Both the position numbers and the translations under genes were made by a program. Shown here one piece after another: positions 52,870 through 64,000 of a stretch of DNA of 64,000 nt (positions are counted from its first letter, which is position 1; each line of letters opens with the position of its first letter). The notes under the pieces were generated by a model that searched no databases, was not told the DNA's origin, and saw only the letters and a program-made list of their open reading frames with translations. This stretch comes from Flaccisagitta enflata. Lineage: Eukaryota. The DNA lies in the NCBI GenBank assembly GCA_965153355.1, contig OZ231126.1, positions 30,504,001 to 30,568,000 on the forward strand, in the 5' to 3' direction.

Positions 52870-53838
52870 TAGTGTTCGCAAAAGCAGTGGATATTTTTTC
52901 TGCTGGCAGAAAGCAGAAAATAAATATTTCTGCTAGCACTGCTAGCAATAAAGAGCAGTGCTGTACTTCTATGAAATAACCCAGCTATATTTTGCTGTTA
53001 TCCAAAAATGTATAAATAATAAAGAGACAAGGTATGGGAAGTTATTTACACATTTACATAAAAAAGGTTCAACAAAAGTCTTTTGCTTTTCCATGAATCA
53101 TGATGAAGAGAGCATAGACATGAATCCTCTTGGACATTTCATTGAATCAATTGCTTCATTTGCAACCATTGCCATGAACGGTACAGCTGCACTCATTGCA
53201 AGTTCTGCTTACAATGAAGTAAAATGCTTTAGTTGATATTGCTAAAACAAGGACAACCCTTTACAGTCGCGTGCAGTTGTTAAGACCATTAGACCAAAAG
53301 ACTAAAAGACCAAAAGACTAAGAGTCTAAATGTAAATTGACTTAAATTTACCTTAACTTAAAATGACTTAAAATGACTTAAAATGGCGTAAAACTTCGAA
53401 AAAAAGCTAAGCATTACCGACCGACCGACCGACCAACAGAGTGGATTGTAGAGTCGCGTGCAGGCGACTAAAAACGTTTATAGTGGCAACTCTGTGGCAT
53501 AGAGTATGAGTCAGATTTCAATAAATATCGCCAATTTATCAAAACAAGGAGAATGTCTCTTCAATTTTCACTGTACCCTTGTGGTTCAAAGTCGATGCAA
53601 TTGGAAGGATTGACATATTGTCATTCTAAATGCCCGTATTTTTACAGAAAAGTATGAAGATTTTATATTGACAAGAAAAAAAAGATGCTCAAATCTGATT
53701 TTTACCGTAAGTTTTTTGAAAAACATAAAGATTTTTACTGCTACTTACTGCTAGCAGCTGAAAACTCACTGCTAGCAGAGCAGTTGCAAATTTCTGCTAG
53801 CAGAGCTGCTAGCAAATTGCCTGCTCGTGCGAACACTA
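52870..53838. mobile_element. hAT-like MITE
   Basis: TIRs TAGTGTTCGCAAAAGCAG / CTGCTCGTGCGAACACTA with an exact 8-bp TSD AATGTGGT. Subterminal TGCTAGCA repeats are present, and a HINE-like fragment is nested at ~53247-53474. Confidence 0.88.
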
Positions 53839-53899
53839 AATGTGGTGCACTGGCGCACTGCGCCTTCTGTACTGCAAGATCGATGAGTTAAGCTCGTTA

Positions 53900-54132
53900 A
53901 GGGTTGGCCTAGATCAGTCCGGATCTCAATTCAATTGAGAATTCAAAGATTCCAACGGAAGACACACAGAAATACAGGAAAACAACATTCACAGCAGGGC
54001 TGAAATGAATTGCATTTGAGGTTTGAAACAACATCACTCCAGAGTACCTCCAGTCTCTCTACAAGTCGATGCCAAAGTGTTTAATGTTTGCAGGCGGTGG
54101 TGGATGCCCAATATGGTCATACTCAATTTTAG
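53900..54132 (+). pseudogene. Degenerate Tc1 transposase C-terminal fragment
   Basis: Frameshifted remnants WP..SPDLNSIEN and EYLQSLYKSMP..QAVVDAQYGHTQF*. Confidence 0.65.
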
Positions 54133-56633
54133 ATGTCGAGGTGCAAACGAAGGACAAATTAGAGGAGTCAAAATGTTTTTTTCAATATCTTAGATTTTAC
54201 AAATCTAGACTTTTTTCATAAAAAAATATCATTGTTATGTTACATTGTTTTTAGTTTTGCATAGAAAATCATTTGAAGATAAAAAAAAGAGCGCTGAGCA
54301 AGTGAAGAGGGGAGAAAAAAGAAGGAAATCTTTAGAAAATTTAATTTTGCAACTTGACTTGTCTTAGGGAAAATTCTAAGACTCTCTCTAAATGCAAAAT
54401 TTTGCATTTTCAAAATCATGGCCTCATTGTAAGAACATATAAGATGAGGGCCATGTTCTTAGAAATGCAAAATTGTTCAATTTGTTCATGTCTTAGAATT
54501 TTCCCTTCACAGGTTTTGAATTTTTGCTCTACTATTTTTAAAGGAATCTATTATTTCCAGTAATTCTTTCTTTTCTTAGTCAATAGATGGTATGGAGAGA
54601 CAGATGGACATACAGACGGGTGAAAAGACTCTCAAAACATGTTGATTGATCATCTATTTCAGTGTAGGATCACATGTTGATTGATCATTTATTTCAGTGT
54701 AGGATCTCACCGTGGCCAAAAACAGCCGAGAAACGTGGTTTTAGCACAGGCGTGACGGATGGACGGACGGAAAGACCGACAGACGGACGGACGGACAGAC
54801 GGACGGACCGACGGACGGACAGACCCTCTTATAGAGATGCGTTTCTGACGAACGCATCTAAAAAGACAAACCCGACAGGACATACAAACAATGAAGACAA
54901 ACAGACAACAGGAATTGTCTCGGTGTCAGACAAAAAACACTGAAGAATATCCGCGTTATATATTCCATCACGATATGCCATAGTTATAAATGATGTGATA
55001 TTTTTTAAAATGATTAATTTATGACATAAAAGGACGAATGCACCGAACAGCTGACGTGACGTGTCCAGGACAAATGCCTTCATGCACTCCAATGACAGCC
55101 ATTACGTCACATTACCAAATACGAATCCTAACAACTTATTTTCGCTCATTCCATCTTAGTTATAATTACATTTTTCTTTCTTATTTTCTTTGAGACACGG
55201 ACAAGCGCGCGATATTTTGACATGTACGTCGGATATCAGTTTTTGTCAACTTTTCAATAAAGCTTCTCAAAAAAACAATAAATCTTACGAAAAACAAGTT
55301 CGTTTGTCCTTAAATGAAAAAAGTGTTTCAAAGGTTGATGTACGGTTAATGCCGTCTTGAATGGAAGTATGGAGGAGCTATTAACAAAGATTTGGTTGCG
55401 CAAATGTATCCACTGTATTTCGCTGACAAACAATGCGCCCGCAAAACGAAGAGTTATCTGCGTGAATTTTATCTGAAAAAAATAGGAACCATTGTGTAAA
55501 TCTATCATATGGACTGGTGGTAAATGCACGCGAGCAGACATACAGATTAATCGAAAATTCCTAAGAGCACAAATTTCCAACATTAAGATTCCGGCATTAT
55601 TAACAGTAACACCTCAATGACAATCCACCCAAATGACCTCAATGATTCCGGCATTATTAATAGTAACACCTCAATGACAATCCACCGAAATACATTTAGT
55701 GTTGCTCCGACCGTCGGGGCCCACTTCTGCCGAGGCAAATATAGCCTTGCAACTGAACTATCTTCGACGTTCCGCCAGAGCTGATCTACGATCGCAGGAA
55801 CACCCAATTACATATTTTAACTTTCAAGGAGAGGGTTTTTTTCAGTCTGTGTTTATCTTATTGTAAGCAACTCTTCTAAGACCTCAAAATATGTAAGACC
55901 ACACTGATCTTTATGCACAGGAAAAGTGTTTGTAATTTATCAACAATCGCTAAACAGCATTTTGTCTATGCTTTGATTTAACTCCAGTTGAGTTTAATTC
56001 AAATGATTGACATCTTAAAAATCAGAAATCGTAAAACTGCATTTTGCAAATTAGGTTATTAATGCTGATATTGCATCGATCGCTATCCAAAAAAGAAATT
56101 TTCCACTTTTGATTTCTTTTTTAACATTTCTGGTTTCCTTTACTTTTCTTTTCCGCGACAGCTCACTCCCATTCCACATTTGCATATTCATCCACTTTCT
56201 ACATTCCTTCCTTCAACATTTTCGATTTCTCCCCATACTCCGCCCACTTTTTCTCTTCCAAGATTTTCCGACAAGCTTTCTGCCCTTTCGAGGAGCTCCT
56301 CCATAATCCATAATGTCTGCACGCGTGTTTCTTCATTGTAGGTACATACTGGATACTAGATAGTGTTTCAGCGCCATTACCATCAACAAGGCCGGATACA
56401 CGACCATTATAAGCAGTCGCTTGCGGGTGGGCAGGGGCAGTAACAAGGTCGGGCAGGGGCAATATGTGGAAGGGCGGGGGCTGTCATGTATCTTAGCAGG
56501 GGCAGAGAGGCATAGAAATCACAATTTCATTCGATTTCGCCTCTTCCAAAATTTGGTGTTACCAACCAACCAACAGACATACAGACCAAGGGACACAGCC
56601 TCTTATAGAGTCGCTTAGTAAGCGACTAAAACA

Positions 56634-56678
<45 letters not shown>

Positions 56679-56945
56679 TCTCTCTTCTTTTCTTTAATGA
56701 CAACGGAAATGACGACATAAAGACTGAACAAGATAATGAATTGATGGTCCTCATTACGCACTAGAGCGAAGCAGGTTGAAATCATTAAGGGCTAAACAAT
56801 TAAGAATTGCTTCTATCATAAACACGGAACAATATTATAACAGGTGACGCGGGGTCACAATATCGTTGTGGACGGGTGGGCAGGGGCGTTCAACTCCTAT
56901 CCCCACACCAACTCCCAACCCATACACAAACATACACAAAAAGTA

Positions 56946-57454
56946 CAGTAGATGTCGTCTAGACTTGGAAATACGGGGGCCCTCATATCTTAACTACCAT
57001 TTGCGCTAATAAAATGAAACTGTGTCTGTATTATGCTTATGTCCTATAGGGTTGACGATGAGGTATGGTAGCTCTGTGGATAGAAAATTCTTTTGAATAT
57101 ACTAAAACAAATTTGCTTTGCTCAAACAGCTGCCAGAATTGGTCTAGTGGTTAACTCACTTGACTTCAAACCTCTCTTGATAAATTTCTTTCTTTAAAAG
57201 TTCCGGGTTCGAATCCCAGGCTGGTTTTGCAATTAAAGCAAATAGATGAAGCTGAAATTCTGCCATAAAAGTGATTGATCCTAATATTTTATACTAAAAG
57301 TTTTTTTTGTAAGGTAAGCCGTAAGGGGATGCCATACCCCATCGTCAACCCCTTAGGGTCTGTACATTACACTAGCAAAATATCAGTCCCCTCACTATAC
57401 TGATGCTGAGGTTATGAGCTCCCCCGTATTTCCAAGTCTAGACGACATCTACTG
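56946..57454. mobile_element. Tc1/mariner-like MITE with perfect 34-bp TIRs, carrying a tRNA-like insert
   Basis: TA|CAGTAGATGTCGTCTAGACTTGGAAATACGGGGG ... CCCCCGTATTTCCAAGTCTAGACGACATCTACTG|TA. There is an inner inverted pair at ~57049-57070 / 57331-57352. The MITE is nested in a HINE-like element. Confidence 0.9.
57132..57226 (+). pseudogene. tRNA-like sequence (degenerate tRNA or tRNA-derived SINE head)
   Basis: A-box TGGTCTAGTGG, B-box GGTTCGAATCCC, partial acceptor stem GCCAG/CTGGT and loop CTTCAAA. The anticodon stem does not pair. Confidence 0.55.
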
Positions 57455-57717
57455 TATCTAAAACGCTTCTCTATTCAATTTTTGACTCAATCACCATGGA
57501 CCAACGGACCGACGGCTTGACGGATGGTCAAAGCCTCTTCAGTTGTGTGTCCGTAAGTAAAAACCCTCTTCAGCATCGAAGACAGGCATTATAAGAATTT
57601 AAGATTATAAGTAAGTGATGAATACGTCTTTTATCTGGATTTAATGAACCAAACATTTTTGTTCAAACGGAAGTTTTATTTGGGCACTTGTCTTAAGTAG
57701 CATGGGACGAAGATAAG

Positions 57718-57808
<91 letters not shown>

Positions 57809-59082
57809 AACTAGAAAGAAAGAAAGGAAGAAAGAAAGACGAACAATAATACACCGGCACGGAGCAAATTAGACCACTTATCTCAGAATATTAGCTGAGA
57901 TATGTTTTGTTCATATTCGTAATTTTTCTTAGGATCGTTTTCGGGAGTAAAAAATAAAAAGCCTTCCTTGTTCTTCGAGAAAAGCTGTCCATGGTGAGCT
58001 AAATTGAAGTAAATTGTCACCTTAAGACGCAGAGCAGAATCCGGCCGTCAGAGTTCAGTCGTCTGAATTTAGGGCCCCTTACTGATCATTTTGTTTCCGT
58101 GTAATGAATTGGCCCGTCGAATTACACTTGGTATACCCACTATCAGATATATTATCCATAAAAAACGAGGCAATGGCGCTAGGCAGGCCAAACTGCTTAA
58201 GAAATTGAGGAATTCTTAAGGAAACTGAGTGCCAAGGCCCAATTGTGCCATTGAGTAAACCACATGGTACAGCAATGCCAATACTGCTGACACCCAAACG
58301 ATCAGACCTAGACTCAATTATAGTATATTTTGTGCTACAAAAAAAGTTTGAAGGCTCTCGGACTTGCATCATGTCCGTAAGCCAATTCCGCAAAGCAGAG
58401 GTCAGGATGACAATGACTTTTTAAGTATTTGTGAAATTTGAGTATTATAATGTAAAATGGGTATAAAATCATAAGGGAATGGGTGTGTTTGATAGGTTAT
58501 AGTGTTGTTACATGTTAAACAGCATTACTGGTCGGTTTGCACCTTGTGAGACTTATCTAACTAGGTTTATAAGATTTTCAAGAAGATTTTTGATTGATTT
58601 TTACAATAACGAAAATATTATTTGCTATCTTGAGAATTTCAAATCTTTAAAAGAAATAAGAATTTTGCATTTTTGAAAACATACCGGCCTCCGTATTACA
58701 AATGGCTAGCCCGGTATGTTTTTGTTTTTTTGAAATACTCATTTTCTATGCAAATTTGAAATTCTCAGTGAATTAGTTATATCACAGTTCTATATTATTT
58801 TTTCTCTGATTTTCCTTGGAAAATAACTAAGTTCACAAGACATGGTAATGATCATTTAAACAAGATACTGACCGGCGCGGTTGGTAAAGAAAAAAAGGCT
58901 GGAAACATAGTTCTGCAAGTCTCGGGCTAATGGGCAGGGGCAGTGACATAAAAGGCCACTCAAGCACTTGGGCAGGGGTAGTGATATAAAAACCGCCAAA
59001 AGGTATTAAACTAGGCCGAATACACGGCTATCCCCCCCCCCAGCTCCACGTGTCTCTTTCTTTCTTTCTTTCTCTCTCTTTC

Positions 59083-59153
<71 letters not shown>

Positions 59154-59266
59154 CCTGATTTTTTTCTTCCCTTTTTGTTTTCTTCATTCTTTTCTTTTTT
59201 ATGATGGAATTGTGACTCTACACGTTTCTGCGTAATTCCGTTGGTCCGTCCCTCCATCCGAATGTT

Positions 59267-59341
<75 letters not shown>

Positions 59342-61922
59342 AGCCGTTTGTGACTCTCCAAGAGGGTGTGTCCCTTGTGAGGTAGCTCCATCTGAAAATT
59401 TGGATGACGGTAAATCGATAAAGGATTTTTTTTTAGCATTACTGCCCCCTAAACAGCCACAAAACAGCTCCCACACTCTCTCATACTGCCCCTGCCAACC
59501 AGCATTACTGCCCCTGTCGACCCAAAAAGCGACTACTCATTGGCCGCGTATCCGACCTTATCATTAATCATTCATGCATCATTTTTTTATTTTTATGGAT
59601 TTTAAAAATTCCAATGAAACAAAAATTGCAGCTGATTTTCTTATGGTATGTGGGTTTGTTTTCTGCTCCTCAAGATAAATTTTTCTGGGTTAATGGATAA
59701 ATTATCATTGTTAATGAGTTATGACTTGTCAACGTTTCGGACGAGATCTACACTTTATTGAATAAATGAAATGACATGAATGAATTTTACATGTGGATAG
59801 ACCGTCTGAATGATTTAGTCAATGCATGATTGTAAAGATGAATGAATGAATGAATGAATGAATGAATGAATGAATGAATGAATGAATGAATGAATGAAAG
59901 AATGAAAGAATGAATGAATGAATGAATGAATGAATGAATGAATGAATTAAATGATGGCAAATACAAAAGTACCTGTAATAATGTAATATCTGATACGGTT
60001 TTCATAGCTTTAGAAAATTATGACATGACGAAAGATATGATTGAAGAATGGATTCATAGATGAATAAAATAGATAGAATAAAAATATAAATAAATAAAAT
60101 CAATGAACTAATGAACAAATGAATAAATGAATTAATAAATAAATAAACAAGTTATACAAATGATATTTCATTGTTATAGAGCAAATAAAAAATACCAATA
60201 CTTAACTTTAGTTTAGAAGAAACAAAAACCTTTAAAATTTTTATTAATGCATAATTCTATGAATGATTAATAAATAGATTTATGAATAATAGACAAATAG
60301 TACTTTTACACTATGCTACATCCATAGTTTTACAAGTTGATATAATAATGATAAATCATAAATGAAGTTTTTGAATTTCTTCTGATAATTTATCCTGCAT
60401 TAATAAATAAGCCTTTTTAGCAATAAATAGCTAAAAAAATCATTATTTGCATTAATTTTTTTTGCAATGTAATCAGTATACATTGCCTAATAGTAATTCA
60501 ATATTGGTTACCCTCAAGTTAGTATTCTATTTTTTGACCTATATGAATGGGATCTGCATGGCTGATCTTGCTCTGCGTCTTAATGATGAAACCCACTCAT
60601 TTCAGTGCCAGGAACTCTCTCAAAGATAATTTTGAAATCCTAAAATGTCGCCCAGCTTATCAACACTACTCTTAGGAAACAGGAGAATTTGCAGAATTTG
60701 CCCAGATGATCCACTCAGCTCCTAAACAAAGTTCTTTGATAACAATTTATAATTTCTGTTTCAATTTAGCAAGGTCTGAATTCTAAAAATCTATCTCCTA
60801 CAAATCACTCACTAAGTGAAATGAAATAAAATACTGCATGTTTCTCACATAATAAATTGGTATTAGCTTTAAATATAAAACAGTCCACCAACAGTTAAAA
60901 CGAACACCACAACAGCGTTACAAAATGCTAATATCACAGATGCTCGAAAATGAAATGCTCGGAAAAATACATTAACTTTGAGGCAACGCACCAGATAGAC
61001 AAGATCCCACAAGCAATTGTTAGGGAGATAAACAATGACGCGTACCAAGAAATAAAAACAACTAAAAAACGATAAGCATAAACTGAACAATTTACGAAGT
61101 TTGATGTCGATCGTCAGTTAAGGGCTTCTAGAATTCCAATCCAAACTGTCTGAGAAAACTTGCTCTGGCCTACCAGGTGCGAACAACCCTAATTGAGCAC
61201 CGATGAATGAGTTACCGACACTGACAAAAGCAATTGTCAGATCTTTTCAACAATGACCAAATTGGCAAAATTGATAATTAAGATATGTACTGTTTTTTGA
61301 AACTGTGGACTTTAAAAATCTGTACAAACTCCAGTTTTCAGTAAAGCATATGTATGCTAAAGGATGGTCGGAGTCAAATTTTATAGGGGATATTTTTGAG
61401 TGGGCAAAACAATACAAAAAATAAACTAGACAAGTAAATTTAGCAAAAATGAGTTTTTGGCTCCGACCAACCCTTCACAATCATCGTCATACATCAAAAA
61501 TTTCGCGGCTTTCTGCGGTCAGGAACCTGCAGAAAAATAAACCTTCCATTTTTACTATTCCTCGGTTCAATGTTCTGATTTGAATTTGGTACCATGTGTT
61601 TTCATTGATTCGGTTTTTGAAAAGCTTTGTTTCTGGCCAGTATCTTGGTAACGCGTTGCTAAGAAAACACACCACTTCGAATGTCAGTGATGCACGCTTG
61701 CCTTTGTACAGTGATGCTATATCTGTTTCTGATATGTCATGCTACACCTATAGTCGTCCATCATGATTCAATGTCAAATTTGTCAGCGTCTAAAAGTACA
61801 TAACATTTATCACCATGAATCGATTTAATGATTTTCTTCACATAACTCAACTAGAAGCCCTTAAGCTGATTAAAACTAGAAAATTCGGATAAAGTACCGA
61901 GGGTAAATTTGCCGAGGCCAAG

Positions 61923-64000
<2,078 letters not shown>

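Noticed and set aside
57132-57226. Functional tRNA gene
   Set aside because: The anticodon stem is unpaired, the acceptor stem is incomplete, and it lies inside a MITE. Kept only as tRNA-like.

Overview
This is AT-rich eukaryotic (metazoan-like) genomic DNA with spliceosomal GT-AG introns, very dense in microsatellites and non-autonomous transposons. Most entries in the ORF track are repeat artefacts. I reconstructed three intron-containing genes by hand. (1) An enolase-4-like gene on the minus strand, with 9 exons from 17564 down to 4272 and its remaining 3' exons not found in the window. (2) A complete 13-exon plus-strand gene (26534-37045, 713 aa) encoding a type I membrane protein with a signal peptide, five copies of an 8-cysteine module I do not recognise, mucin-like, His-rich and S-x-E tracts, a TM helix and a tail with endocytic motifs. 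(3) The 3' end of a minus-strand polyQ/acidic gene (61923-64000). The only near-intact mobile-element ORF is a Penelope-like retroelement with the permuted N-terminal GIY-YIG + RT order (Naiad/Chlamys type; 39506-42250, two TAA stops). It has a highly structured 3' UTR containing a hammerhead-like core and is flanked by a ~250-bp direct repeat. The rest is DINE-1/HINE-like Helentron derivatives with internal minisatellites, Tc1/mariner and hAT MITEs (one carrying a tRNA-like sequence with a TCA anticodon), a 29-bp satellite and local duplications. All homology calls are from motif recognition by eye; no searches were run.
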